Part shown: piece by piece, positions 1-9,699 of the stretch
Position numbering within the stretch: the first letter of the stretch is position 1
How the letters are laid out: every line of letters starts with the position of its first letter
Assembly: GCA_963765635.1 (NCBI GenBank)
Contig: CAVXXF010000002.1
Span: 914,411 to 978,410 of the forward strand
Direction of reading: 5' to 3'
DNA length: 64,000 nt
Origin: an uncultured Thermoleophilia bacterium
GTDB lineage: Bacteria; Actinomycetota; Thermoleophilia; UBA2241
Notes under the pieces: generated by a model
Told to the model about the DNA's origin: nothing
Database searches by the model: none
Seen by the model: the letters and a program-made list of their open reading frames with translations, nothing else
Translations under genes and position numbers: made by a program

Positions 1-1
1 C

Positions 2-406
2 ACCTCCCTGTACACCGACGCCGGCCTCACGGCCGTGTACGTCGGCTCGCGCGAAGAGGCAGTCGAAGAAGCCATGACCGTCATCCTCGACGTGCTTGAC
101 CGCCTTGCCGACGACATCTCCGAAGAAGCCATCAAGCGCGCCAGGAACCATCTCAAGGGTCAGCTCGTGCTGAGCATGGAGAGCCCCGGCAGCCGCATGC
201 AGTCCCTTGGCCGGGCCGTTCTCATGGAGCAGCCTGTGCTCAGCGTCGACGAGGTGCTGGAGCGCATCGATGCGGTGACTCGCGACGACGTGGTGGCCGC
301 GGTGCGCCGGTACTACGACCCCAGGAAGTGGTCCACAGTGTGCATCGGCCCGCGGCCGGAGCCGTTTCGGGCCGTCACCGAAGGGTTCGCATGGGAGGAA
401 CGATAA
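2..406 (+). CDS. M16 (insulinase/PepR-like) zinc peptidase, C-terminal part; the gene starts before the window
   Basis: Open frame from the window edge. The C-terminal region resembles M16 peptidases, and this is the usual gene upstream of dapB in actinobacteria. TAA stop. Confidence 0.55.
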   Translation, partial: TSLYTDAGLTAVYVGSREEAVEEAMTVILDVLDRLADDISEEAIKRARNHLKGQLVLSMESPGSRMQSLGRAVLMEQPVLSVDEVLERIDAVTRDDVVAAVRRYYDPRKWSTVCIGPRPEPFRAVTEGFAWEER

Positions 407-458
407 GCGGCATGTACCTACGATGTACCGCTTGTGTACGCCGGAAGAGAGGAGCGTC

Positions 459-1211
459 ATGACGGACGTGCTCGTGACCGGCGCTGCCGGCAAGATGGGT
501 GGCCTGAGCGCCGCCACGATCGCCGCCGAGGACGACCTGCGCGTAGTGGCGCTCGTCGACCCAAAGGGCGCGAGCGCCGGCGAGGCGCCGTGCTTCGCGA
601 CTGTGGAGCAGGCCCTGGCGCTGACGTCACCCGACGCGGCTCTGGAGTTCAGTCTCCCGGAGGCGGTGTTCGACAACACCAGACTGCTGCTGCAGGCCGG
701 CGTGCCGACCGTGGTCGGCGCCACCGGCCTCGATGACGCCGCCGTCGAGGAGCTCAGCGCCGCTGCCGCGGCTAGCGGCGTGGGACTCTTGATCGTGCCC
801 AACTTCGCCCTTGGCGCCGTCCTGCTGATGCGCTTCGCCGCCCAGGCGGCCAAGTACTACGAGCACGCTGAGGTCATCGAGATGCACGAGGCCGGCAAGC
901 TCGACGCCCCGTCGGGCACCAGTCTGCGTACGGCGCGTCTCATGGCCGAGGCGCCGGGGTCCGCCCTGCGGGACGCGCCCGGCGAGCAGGTCTCTCGCGG
1001 CTTGGCTGCCGACCACGTGCGCATCCACAGCGTTCGCCTGCCGGGCGTCGTCGCTCACCAGGAAGTCCTTTTCGGCGGCGGCGACGAGGTTCTCAGCCTG
1101 CGGCACGACTCGCTCTCGCGGCAGTCCTTCATGAGCGGCGTCCTGCTCGCTCTGCGCCGCCTGAACAGCGTCCAAGGGACTGTCGTGGGGCTGGAGAACC
1201 TCCTAGACTAG
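459..1211 (+). CDS. dapB: 4-hydroxy-tetrahydrodipicolinate reductase
   Basis: N-terminal GAAGKMG Rossmann motif and full-length DapB-like sequence. RBS GAGAGGAG precedes the ATG at 459. Confidence 0.85.
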   Translation: MTDVLVTGAAGKMGGLSAATIAAEDDLRVVALVDPKGASAGEAPCFATVEQALALTSPDAALEFSLPEAVFDNTRLLLQAGVPTVVGATGLDDAAVEELSAAAAASGVGLLIVPNFALGAVLLMRFAAQAAKYYEHAEVIEMHEAGKLDAPSGTSLRTARLMAEAPGSALRDAPGEQVSRGLAADHVRIHSVRLPGVVAHQEVLFGGGDEVLSLRHDSLSRQSFMSGVLLALRRLNSVQGTVVGLENLLD

Positions 1212-1254
1212 TGCGAGCATGTACCAGCCACCGTCCGCCTTCGAGGAGCGCGCC

Positions 1255-2136
1255 ATGACCGACAGCCTGGGGACGATCCTCACCGCGATGGTCACGCCCT
1301 TCGACGCCGACCTGGCCGTCGATCACGGCAGACTCGCCGAGCTCGCCGAGTACCTCGTCGCCAACGGTTCCGACGGTCTCGTGGTCGCGGGCACGACCGG
1401 CGAGTCGCCGACGCTGACGGACGACGAAAAGGCGGCGATGTTCCGCACCGTCGTCGCCGCCGTGGGCGACCGCGTGCCCGTCGTCGCCGGTACCGGCAGC
1501 AACGACACGGCCCACAGCATAGAACTTACGCGCTCCGCCGAGAGGTGCGGCGTCGACGCGGTCCTCGTGGTCACGCCCTACTACAACAAGCCGCCCGAGC
1601 GCGGCCTCCTGGCGCATTTTCGCGCCGTAGCCGCCGCCACAAGCCTACCGCTGGTCGTGTACAACATCCCCGGTCGTTCGGTGGTCAATCTGTCACCGGA
1701 GGCGCTGGCCACGCTGGGCGAGGTCGACAACATCGTCGCCGTGAAGCAGGCGAACCCCGATCTTGACGAACTGCGCCGGCTGCGCGAGCTCAGCGACCTC
1801 GGTATCTACGCCGGCAACGACGACATGCTGCTCGACGTGCTCAAGATGGACGGTCTCGGCGGCATCTGCGTGGCCAGCCACGTCGTCGGGCCGCGGCTCG
1901 CCGAGATAGCGCGGCTCGTCAGAGCCGGTGACGAGGCTGGGGCCGAGGCGCTCGACGATGGCCTCCACGCGCTTTTCAAAGCGCTGTTCATCACGGCGAA
2001 CCCCATCCTCGTCAAGGAAGCCCTGAACCTTCTCGGGCACGAGGTCGGCGGTCTCCGCCTCCCGCTCGTGCCCGCCAGCCCCCAGGAGTCCGCGGCGGTC
2101 GCCGACGAGCTGCGGGCACTGCGCCTACTGCCGTGA
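1255..2136 (+). CDS. dapA: 4-hydroxy-tetrahydrodipicolinate synthase
   Basis: DapA signature (TPF, GTTGE, YYNKP). RBS GAGGAG before the ATG at 1255. Confidence 0.85.
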   Translation: MTDSLGTILTAMVTPFDADLAVDHGRLAELAEYLVANGSDGLVVAGTTGESPTLTDDEKAAMFRTVVAAVGDRVPVVAGTGSNDTAHSIELTRSAERCGVDAVLVVTPYYNKPPERGLLAHFRAVAAATSLPLVVYNIPGRSVVNLSPEALATLGEVDNIVAVKQANPDLDELRRLRELSDLGIYAGNDDMLLDVLKMDGLGGICVASHVVGPRLAEIARLVRAGDEAGAEALDDGLHALFKALFITANPILVKEALNLLGHEVGGLRLPLVPASPQESAAVADELRALRLLP

Positions 2137-2224
2137 GCCCGTCCGCGCGCACCTCCCTCGACATTTCCCTTTCCGCCGCGGCTCTTCGCCGCAGCGCCTA
2201 CCCACCACACAGAATGGTGTCCAC

Positions 2225-3886
2225 ATGAAAGACTCCCTCCGCATCATCCCTCTCGGCGGACTCGGCGAGATCGGCAAGAACATGACCGCCGTCGAGTACC
2301 GCGGCAAGATCGTGGTGCTCGACTGCGGCGTCGAGTTCCCGCGCGACGAGATGCTTGGCATCGACCTCATCATCCCCGACATCCGCTGGCTGCTCGAGCG
2401 TCGCGACGACGTCCTCGCGTTCCTCATCACGCACGGCCACGAGGACCACCAAGGGGCACTGCCCTTCGTGCTCAAGCAGCTCAACAAGCCCGTCTACGGC
2501 AGCCGTTTCACCCTGGCCCTCATCAAATCGAAGCTCGACGAGCACGGGCTTCTCAAGGTCGTCGAGCTCAACGAGGTAAGCGATACCTCGGCGTTCCGCC
2601 TCGGACCCTTCGATGTCTCGTTCATCGCCACCAGCCACAGCGTCCCCGACTCGCTGTCCATCGTGCTGGGAACGGAGCTGGGCGCCGTGGTGCTCACCGG
2701 CGACTACCGCTTCGACCACACGCCGATCGACGGCCGCATCACCGACGTCAACGCGTTCGCTCAGATCGGCCAGAAGGGCGTCCTTGCTCTTCTCGGCGAT
2801 TCGACGAACGTCGAGACTCCGGGATCGACGGCGTCGGAGAGCACGGTCGGCCAGGCCTTCCATCAGATCTTCGCCGAGGCCGAGGGTCGCGTGATCGTCA
2901 CCAGCTTCGCGTCTCACATCCACCGTGTCCAGCAGGCGATCACGATCGCGCATCTGCACGGCCGCAAGTTCGCGCTTTCGGGGCGTTCGATGGTGAAGAA
3001 CGCGAACATCGCTCGCAACCTCGGCTATCTCGACGTGCCCGACGGCGCCATGATCAAGCTCACCGAGATCGACGACTACCGCCCCGAGGAGATCCTGATC
3101 ATCTCGACCGGAAGCCAAGGCGAGCCTCTCTCGGCGCTCACGCGCATGGCTTTCAACGATCACCCGCAGGTCGCCCTCCACGAGGGCGACACGGTGGTCA
3201 TCTCAGCCAAGGCGATCCCCGGCAACGAGCGCAGCGTGACGGCCACCATCGATCGCCTTCTCAAGGTCGGCGCCACGGTGATCTACGGCGAGGACAGCGG
3301 CATCCACGTCAGCGGCCACGCCGCCCAGGAAGACCTGCGCATGATGCTCAACCTGGTGCGTCCCCAGTACTTCTTGCCGGTCCACGGTGAGTACCGCATG
3401 CAGCACTTTCATGCTGAGCTTGCGCGTCAGTCCGGCATTCGCGACGAGGACATCTTCATCCTCGAGAACGGCGATGTCCTCGAGCTCGACGCCGAGAACG
3501 GCGAGATCGTCGACAAGGTGCCCACGGGCATGGTGTTCGTCGACGGTTTCGAGCTCGGCGATGCCGAGGGTCTCGTGCTTCGCGATCGCCAGCAGCTGGC
3601 CGGCGACGGCATCCTCATCGCCGTGGTCACCGTCGACTCCCAGAGCGGCGACTCGGTGGCGCCTCCGGAGCTCGTGGCGCGCGGCTTCCTGCACGACGAC
3701 GAGCGCCTCCAGGAGGTGCTCGAGGAGTGTGCGACTGCGCTCGATGATCTCATGGACGAGCTCGGCGCCGTGCACGTGACGGGGCAGCGCCTCATCAGGG
3801 ACGACATCAAGGAGAAGCTCGCCGGGCTCGTCTACTCACGCACCCGGAGGAGGCCGCTGATCATGCCGGTCGTCGTCGAGGTCTGA
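2225..3886 (+). CDS. rnj: ribonuclease J (metallo-beta-lactamase / beta-CASP)
   Basis: HGHEDH motif, N-terminal IPLGGLGEIGKNMT, 553 aa. Confidence 0.85.
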   Translation: MKDSLRIIPLGGLGEIGKNMTAVEYRGKIVVLDCGVEFPRDEMLGIDLIIPDIRWLLERRDDVLAFLITHGHEDHQGALPFVLKQLNKPVYGSRFTLALIKSKLDEHGLLKVVELNEVSDTSAFRLGPFDVSFIATSHSVPDSLSIVLGTELGAVVLTGDYRFDHTPIDGRITDVNAFAQIGQKGVLALLGDSTNVETPGSTASESTVGQAFHQIFAEAEGRVIVTSFASHIHRVQQAITIAHLHGRKFALSGRSMVKNANIARNLGYLDVPDGAMIKLTEIDDYRPEEILIISTGSQGEPLSALTRMAFNDHPQVALHEGDTVVISAKAIPGNERSVTATIDRLLKVGATVIYGEDSGIHVSGHAAQEDLRMMLNLVRPQYFLPVHGEYRMQHFHAELARQSGIRDEDIFILENGDVLELDAENGEIVDKVPTGMVFVDGFELGDAEGLVLRDRQQLAGDGILIAVVTVDSQSGDSVAPPELVARGFLHDDERLQEVLEECATALDDLMDELGAVHVTGQRLIRDDIKEKLAGLVYSRTRRRPLIMPVVVEV

Positions 3887-3947
3887 GCGACCGGCGCGCT
3901 TTTGCCGGCTCGCGCCACGTGCCTTCCTAGGGTTTCCCGCGCCTGCG

Positions 3948-6419
3948 TTGAATAGACGCCCTATGGCGACTGCACGCCCCAAGCAAGCGCGGCGCGCGGG
4001 CGCTGCGGCGCGGACATCACCGCGCGCCGCCCGTCCGGCGCCTCGCCCGGAGAGATCGGCCTCCCGTCACCGCCACGAGCTGGCGGCGATCGCTTGCGTC
4101 GCCCTCGCCGTGTTCCTCGCCTTCGTCATCTATCTCGGCTGGGACGGGGGCACGCTCGGGCGCTGGCTCGGCGGCGTCACTCGCTGGCTGGTCGGGCTCC
4201 TTGTCTTTGCGCTTCCGCTGCTGCTCTGCTTCGTCGCCTACATGCTGGTTGCTCGCGAGGACCGTCGGCCGCGGCGCGGAGTGACCTGGGGGATCGTGCT
4301 GGTCGTGGCCGCCTTCGTCCTGGCCGCGGCCGCCGACGCCTTCGGCGTGTTCGCCGGCGAGCGCCCGGAGCGTCTGTTCCGCGACACCTACATGAGTGCT
4401 CATGGTGGGGTGGCTGGCGAAGCTCTGTGGTCGCTGCTCCGCAGCACTATCGGGCGTATCGGCGTCGACGTGCTGGTCGTGGCGCTCTTCGTGGCCGGCC
4501 TGCTCCTGGCCACCGGCTCGTCGCTCAGGTTGTGGGCAGACCATTCGCGCAAGGGCGTGACTGCTGCCGGGGCCGCCGCCGGCCGGGCGGCGCGCAGCCA
4601 GGCTGAGGCGTTGGGGGCGCGACGCCGGGACGAGACGCCCACGCACGTGGTGGAGCCCGACGAGTCGCCCACGAGCGACGCTTTCGACCTGATGCGCACA
4701 GCGGTGTCCACGGTCGCTCAGTACGGCCCGGCGGTGAGCACGCACACCCCGCACCTCGTGGACGGGCGCGTGGCGGCGCCGGAGATCTTCGGCGCGCCGC
4801 CGCCCTACTCGCCGCCCCCGGAACCCGTGGACGATGCCGACGAGGGCGAGCAGCTCTCGCTGGCCGAGGCCGTGTCCGGCGAGCCCGGTGAGGCGGACGC
4901 AGCTCTCGCCTTCCACGGCGCCGAGAAGCGTCAGTGGCTGCTGCCGGAGGCTTCGCTGCTGCAGCGGCTCGGCGAGAGCATCGGCGAGTCGCCCGACGCG
5001 ATCCATCGGGTCTCCCAGCGCCTCGTCGAGACCCTTGGGCATTTCGGCATCACCGCCCAGGTCATCGGTACAGTCTCGGGGCCGCGCGTGACGCGCTACG
5101 AGCTGCAGCTGGCGCCGGGCATCAAGGTCAGTCGCGTCGCAGGGCTGAAGGACGACCTCGCCTACGCGCTCGCTGCCACCGAGATCCGCGTGCAGGCGCC
5201 CATCCCCGGCAAGACCGCCGTCGGCGTCGAGGTGCCCAACCTCGAGGCCAACTACGTCTCTCTCGGCGACATCCACGGGCTCTTCCCGCCACACGCCTCG
5301 CCGATGGCCTTCTGGCTCGGCAAGGACGTCACCGGCAAGGCCGTCCTCGCCGATCTCGTCAAGATGGTCCACCTGCTGATCGCCGGCACCACCGGCTCGG
5401 GCAAGAGCGGCTGCCTCAATGCGCTGATCAGTTCGATCCTGCTGCGCGCGACGCCGGACGAAGTACGCATGATCATGATCGACCCCAAGAAGGTGGAGCT
5501 CAGCAACTTCAACGGCGTGCCGCACCTGCTGGCCCCGGTGGTCACCAACATGAAGCAGGCCACCTACGTGCTCGACAACATCACCCGCGAGATGGACCGC
5601 CGCTACGACGTGCTCTCGCGCAACGGCTGCCAGGACATCCGCGCGCTCAACAAGAAGCTCGCCCGCTCCGGCGAGGAGCACTTGCCCTACATCATGGTCA
5701 TCGTCGACGAGCTGGCCGACCTCATGATGGTGGCGCCCTCCGAAGTGGAGGACTCCATCATCCGCCTCGGCCAGCTCGGACGCAGCTGCGGCATCCATCT
5801 CGTGGTTGCCACGCAGCGACCGTCGGTGGATGTCGTCACCGGTATGATCAAGACCAACATCCCGTCGCGCATCGCCTTCGCCGTGGCGTCGCAGACAGAC
5901 TCTCGCATCATCCTTGACCAGGGCGGCGCCGAGAGCCTCCTCGGCATGGGCGACATGCTGTTCAGCCCGATGGGCAGCAACCGCCTGCTGCGCGTCCAAG
6001 GGGCTTTGATCACCGCCCACGAGATGAAGCTGCTCACCGAGCACTGGAAGCGCCAGGCGAAGCCGGAGTTCCAGGATGACCTTCTCGAGAACCCCGCCGG
6101 CCCGGACGCCGACCAGCAGGCACAAGCCGCCGGCGGCGACACCCTCCTCGCCGATGCCATCCGGACCGTGGTGACCACGGGCGCGGCCTCCGTGGCGCTC
6201 CTTCAGCGCCGCCTGCGCGTGGGCTATGCGCGCGCCGGCCGGCTCATCGACATCATGGAGGAGATGGGCATCATCTCGGGCTACGACGGCAGCAAGGCCC
6301 GCGCCGTGCTCATCGACGAAGCTGAGCTACCGGCCACGCTCGCGCGCGTGGGCGGCGATGCGCCCGAGGCGCCCGAGGCGCCACTCGAAGCGGACGTTCC
6401 GGTCGCCGGGGAGGACTGA
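3948..6419 (+). CDS. ftsK: DNA translocase FtsK/SpoIIIE
   Basis: N-terminal membrane segments, Walker A GTTGSGKS, C-terminal gamma/winged-helix domain. The start may instead be the ATG at 3963. Confidence 0.85.
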   Translation: MNRRPMATARPKQARRAGAAARTSPRAARPAPRPERSASRHRHELAAIACVALAVFLAFVIYLGWDGGTLGRWLGGVTRWLVGLLVFALPLLLCFVAYMLVAREDRRPRRGVTWGIVLVVAAFVLAAAADAFGVFAGERPERLFRDTYMSAHGGVAGEALWSLLRSTIGRIGVDVLVVALFVAGLLLATGSSLRLWADHSRKGVTAAGAAAGRAARSQAEALGARRRDETPTHVVEPDESPTSDAFDLMRTAVSTVAQYGPAVSTHTPHLVDGRVAAPEIFGAPPPYSPPPEPVDDADEGEQLSLAEAVSGEPGEADAALAFHGAEKRQWLLPEASLLQRLGESIGESPDAIHRVSQRLVETLGHFGITAQVIGTVSGPRVTRYELQLAPGIKVSRVAGLKDDLAYALAATEIRVQAPIPGKTAVGVEVPNLEANYVSLGDIHGLFPPHASPMAFWLGKDVTGKAVLADLVKMVHLLIAGTTGSGKSGCLNALISSILLRATPDEVRMIMIDPKKVELSNFNGVPHLLAPVVTNMKQATYVLDNITREMDRRYDVLSRNGCQDIRALNKKLARSGEEHLPYIMVIVDELADLMMVAPSEVEDSIIRLGQLGRSCGIHLVVATQRPSVDVVTGMIKTNIPSRIAFAVASQTDSRIILDQGGAESLLGMGDMLFSPMGSNRLLRVQGALITAHEMKLLTEHWKRQAKPEFQDDLLENPAGPDADQQAQAAGGDTLLADAIRTVVTTGAASVALLQRRLRVGYARAGRLIDIMEEMGIISGYDGSKARAVLIDEAELPATLARVGGDAPEAPEAPLEADVPVAGED

Positions 6420-6532
6420 CCGGCGCGGCGCGTCTCTCTTGACTGATTTGTCTTCACCGAGCCCGCTTACTAGACTGTGCGTTCGGGCGCCGGGCCACCG
6501 GTCCCGAACGACCGAGGAGAAGGCCATCCACC

Positions 6533-7276
6533 GTGTTTGAGATCGGCAACACGCTGCGCGAGGCGCGCGTGCGTCGTAACCTCACGCTCCAGCAGGTCGA
6601 GGAAGACACGAAGATCCGTGTCAGGTACGTCCAAGCCATGGAGAACGAGGACTTCGACGTGATGCCCGGCGCGACGTACGTCAGAGGCTTCCTGCGCACG
6701 TACTCCGAGTATCTCGCCCTGGATCCCGAGGTCATCGTCGGCGAGTATCGCTCGCGCGGCATCAAGACCGGGGAGATCCAGGAACCCTTCGGTGGCGTCT
6801 CGATGCTCGGCGCGCCGCGCAGCCACCGCGGGCGCAACACCGTGGTGTTCGTCGCCGTGATCTGCCTTCTCGTGCTCGGCGTGATCTGGATCCTGGGCCG
6901 CGGCACAGAGACGCGGTCGCCCACCAAGCCCGGAGCCCTCGGCATCGTGAGCCCGTCACCGTCGCCGTCGGCCAGCGCGTCCGCCAAGCCCCAGAAGACC
7001 GCGGCACCGGTGGTGAAAGGCGAGCTGCGCATCACCGTCCCCGAAGGGGAGAGCTGGCTCGAGGTCCGCAGGGACGGGTCCACCGGCACCGTGTTGTTCT
7101 CCGGCACCGTGAACAAGGGCAAGACGCGCGTGTTCGTCGGCGACGTCTTGTGGCTGCGCCTCGGTAACCCGTCGGCAGTGCGCCTGCGCGTCGAGGGGCG
7201 CAAGATCGCGCCCAGCGACACCGCGGACCCCGTCGACTACATCGTCAAGGACGGCAAGCTCGAGAGGCAGGGCTGA
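6533..7276 (+). CDS. XRE-type HTH protein with membrane anchor (RodZ-like, DUF4115)
   Basis: N-terminal HTH (LREARVRRNLTLQQVEEDTKIR), one TM segment. Conserved position after ftsK. GTG start with RBS GAGGAGAAGG. Confidence 0.6.
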   Translation: MFEIGNTLREARVRRNLTLQQVEEDTKIRVRYVQAMENEDFDVMPGATYVRGFLRTYSEYLALDPEVIVGEYRSRGIKTGEIQEPFGGVSMLGAPRSHRGRNTVVFVAVICLLVLGVIWILGRGTETRSPTKPGALGIVSPSPSPSASASAKPQKTAAPVVKGELRITVPEGESWLEVRRDGSTGTVLFSGTVNKGKTRVFVGDVLWLRLGNPSAVRLRVEGRKIAPSDTADPVDYIVKDGKLERQG

Positions 7277-7277
7277 C

Positions 7278-7769
7278 ATGGCAAAGGAATCTTCGTTCGA
7301 CGTAGTCTCGCGCGCCGACATCAACGAGGTGCGCAACGCCGTGAACATGGCGCAGAAGGAGATCACCACGCGCTACGACTTCAAGAAGAGCGTGAGCTCC
7401 ATCACGCTCGAAGGCGAGGCGCTCGTCCTGGTCTCCGACGACGACGGCAAGCTCAAGCAGGTGGTGGAGGTGCTGGAGGAGAAGCTCGTGCGCCGCAAGG
7501 TGCCGCTCAAGGCGTTGCAGTATGGCAAGGTCGAGGAGGCGCTGGGCGGCACCGTGCGCCAGCGCGTGCCCATCGCCCAGGGAATCCCCGACGACAAGAT
7601 CAAGGCCATGAACAAGCTTCTGCGCCAGCGCTTCAAGAAGGTCAAGTCGCAGATCCAGGGCGACACCCTGCGCGTGTTCTCGGCGAGCAAGGACGAGCTC
7701 CAGGCGGCGATGGCGGCGCTGCGCGAAGAGGACTGGGGCGTCCCTGTCCAGTTCGTGAACTATCGCTGA
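7278..7769 (+). CDS. yajQ: YajQ-family nucleotide-binding protein (UPF0234)
   Basis: MAKESSFDVVSRADINEVRNAVNMAQKEITTRYDFK is typical of YajQ. Confidence 0.75.
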   Translation: MAKESSFDVVSRADINEVRNAVNMAQKEITTRYDFKKSVSSITLEGEALVLVSDDDGKLKQVVEVLEEKLVRRKVPLKALQYGKVEEALGGTVRQRVPIAQGIPDDKIKAMNKLLRQRFKKVKSQIQGDTLRVFSASKDELQAAMAALREEDWGVPVQFVNYR

Positions 7770-7770
7770 G

Positions 7771-9078
7771 ATCCCGACGGGCGCCGCCTTCTACATCCAG
7801 ACCCTGGGCTGCCCCAAGAACGAGGCCGACTCCGACGCGCTCGCCCGTCGGCTGCGCGCCGCCGGACATCGCGAGGCTCAGCCGGGTGGCGCCGACGTGA
7901 TCGTCGTCAACACCTGCGGATTCATCGACGCCGCCAAAGAGGAGTCCATCGCGGCGCTTCTCGAAACGCTCGAGTTCGCACACCAGCGCGGGGCACGCGT
8001 CGCCGCCGTGGGCTGCCTCGTCGAGCGCTACCGCGAGGAGCTTGCGGCGGACCTGCCCGAGGTGGACCTCTGGTGCGGCCTCGACACGGCGCCGCTGCTC
8101 GCCGCCCTCCGCGAGGCGGGCGCTGGGGGAGAGGGCGCGGAGGGGCACGGCGCAGCCGTGCCGGTGCCGCGCCGCCCGCGTCCCGTGACCAGCTACCTCA
8201 AGATCTCGGACGGCTGCGACCGCCGCTGCGCGTACTGCGCCATCCCGCTGATCAAGGGCGACTACGAGACGATGGCGGCCGCGGAGATCCTTCGCGCGGC
8301 TCGCGCCGCGCTGGCCGCGGGCGCCAGGGAACTCGTGCTCGTCGGCCAGGACACGTCGCGCTGGGCGCAGCCGGGCTGGGGCGGCCTCGGGCGGCTTCTG
8401 GCCGAGCTCAAGGCGCTGGCGCCGGCGCCGGTCTGGCTGCGCCTCCTCTACCTGCAGCCTGACGGTATCGATGAAGCGCTCCTTGAGGCCATTTCGCGGC
8501 ACGCGGTGCCCTACGTGGACGTCCCCCTCCAGCACGCCTCCGGCGCCGTCCTGCGGCGCATGGAGCGCCGCGGCGACGGCTCCCGCTACCTCGAGCTTCT
8601 CGCCGGAATACGCGCCGCGCTCCCCGGCGTGGCCGTACGCTCGACCTTCATCGCCGGGTTCCCCGGCGAGACCGACGACGAGTTCGACGAGCTGCTCGCT
8701 TTCGTCCGCGAAGCCGGGCTCGCGGCCGCCGGCGTGTTCCCCTACGACGCTCAGGAAGGCACGCCGGCGGCGACGCTGCCCGGGCAGGTCCCGGCGGCGC
8801 TCGCCTTCGCGCGCGCCGCTCAGCTTGGTGAGGTCATCGACGACGTCGCCGCCGGGTTCTGGGAGGCGCTCGTCGGGCAGCCGCTCGATGTTCTCATCGA
8901 GCGCGGCGCGAGCGCCGACGGTGTCGCCGTGGGGCGTTGCCCCTTACAGGCGCCGGATATCGACGGTCGCACCTTCGTGCGCGGCACCAAGACGCGGCGC
9001 GGGCAGCTCGTGCAGGCCGTAGCGTCGGGCAGCGTCGGGTATGATGTCGAGGCCGACGCCGGGAGACGTGAGCCGTGA
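7771..9078 (+). CDS. rimO: ribosomal protein S12 methylthiotransferase RimO-like radical SAM enzyme; start codon uncertain
   Basis: Conserved N-terminal FYIQTLGCPKNEADS is encoded upstream of the first GTG (7897) with no ATG/GTG/TTG. It abuts the yajQ stop. C(x3)C(x2)C radical SAM motif and TRAM domain downstream. Confidence 0.65.
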   Translation: MPTGAAFYIQTLGCPKNEADSDALARRLRAAGHREAQPGGADVIVVNTCGFIDAAKEESIAALLETLEFAHQRGARVAAVGCLVERYREELAADLPEVDLWCGLDTAPLLAALREAGAGGEGAEGHGAAVPVPRRPRPVTSYLKISDGCDRRCAYCAIPLIKGDYETMAAAEILRAARAALAAGARELVLVGQDTSRWAQPGWGGLGRLLAELKALAPAPVWLRLLYLQPDGIDEALLEAISRHAVPYVDVPLQHASGAVLRRMERRGDGSRYLELLAGIRAALPGVAVRSTFIAGFPGETDDEFDELLAFVREAGLAAAGVFPYDAQEGTPAATLPGQVPAALAFARAAQLGEVIDDVAAGFWEALVGQPLDVLIERGASADGVAVGRCPLQAPDIDGRTFVRGTKTRRGQLVQAVASGSVGYDVEADAGRREP

Positions 9079-9671
9079 GCAGCAGCCAGTGGAACCTCGC
9101 CAACGCCATCACCATCGCACGGATCCTGCTCATCCCCGTGTTTCTGGTGCTGCTGCTCTCGGGGATCCCGCAGCCGTACGGCGACATCGCCGCCGCGGCC
9201 GTGTTCATCCTGGCGGCGGCCACCGACAAGCTCGACGGCTATGTGGCGCGGCGCAACAAACAGATCACGACGCTCGGGCAGTTTCTCGACCCTCTCGCCG
9301 ACAAGCTCCTCATCGCCGCCGCTCTCATCGCCCTGGTGAGCCAGGGCCGCATCGTCGCCTGGGTGGCCATGCTCATCATCGGTCGCGAGATCGCCGTCAG
9401 CGTGCTGCGCATCGTCGGCGTATCGCAAGGCGTCTCCATCCCCGCGGACAAGTACGGCAAGCTCAAGACGGTCCTGCAGATCGTCTACGTGGTGTACGTC
9501 CTCGTGCCCACAGAAGACATCGCCGAGCTCATCCACGTGTCCACCGACGTTGCCACCATCATCCAGTGGATCCTGGCGGGCGTCGTGGTGATCGTCACCC
9601 TGGCCTCGGGCGTGCGCTACTTCCTGAACGCCCGCGGCGTCATCCGCATGCCCGGGAGTCCACAGCATTGA
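9075..9671 (+). CDS. pgsA: CDP-diacylglycerol--glycerol-3-phosphate 3-phosphatidyltransferase
   Basis: CDP-alcohol phosphatidyltransferase motif DKLDGYVARR...; GTG start overlaps the rimO stop. Confidence 0.8.
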   Translation: MSSSQWNLANAITIARILLIPVFLVLLLSGIPQPYGDIAAAAVFILAAATDKLDGYVARRNKQITTLGQFLDPLADKLLIAAALIALVSQGRIVAWVAMLIIGREIAVSVLRIVGVSQGVSIPADKYGKLKTVLQIVYVVYVLVPTEDIAELIHVSTDVATIIQWILAGVVVIVTLASGVRYFLNARGVIRMPGSPQH

Positions 9672-9699
9672 GCGGCGTCCGCTGGAAGAGCGCGGAGGG

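Noticed and set aside
4017-6125. 702-aa ORF antisense to ftsK. Similar long antisense or out-of-frame ORFs include 8820-10172, 9954-11504, 11401-12783, 16131-17786, 22551-24083, 29348-31153, 36034-37746 and 53903-55540.
   Set aside because: Arg/Ala/Gly-rich translations typical of alternative frames in 70% GC DNA. Each overlaps a well-supported conserved gene on the other strand or frame.
6420-6532. Possible promoter TTGACT...TACTAG upstream of the HTH gene
   Set aside because: Spacer length (23-25 nt) is outside the functional range; not reported as a feature.
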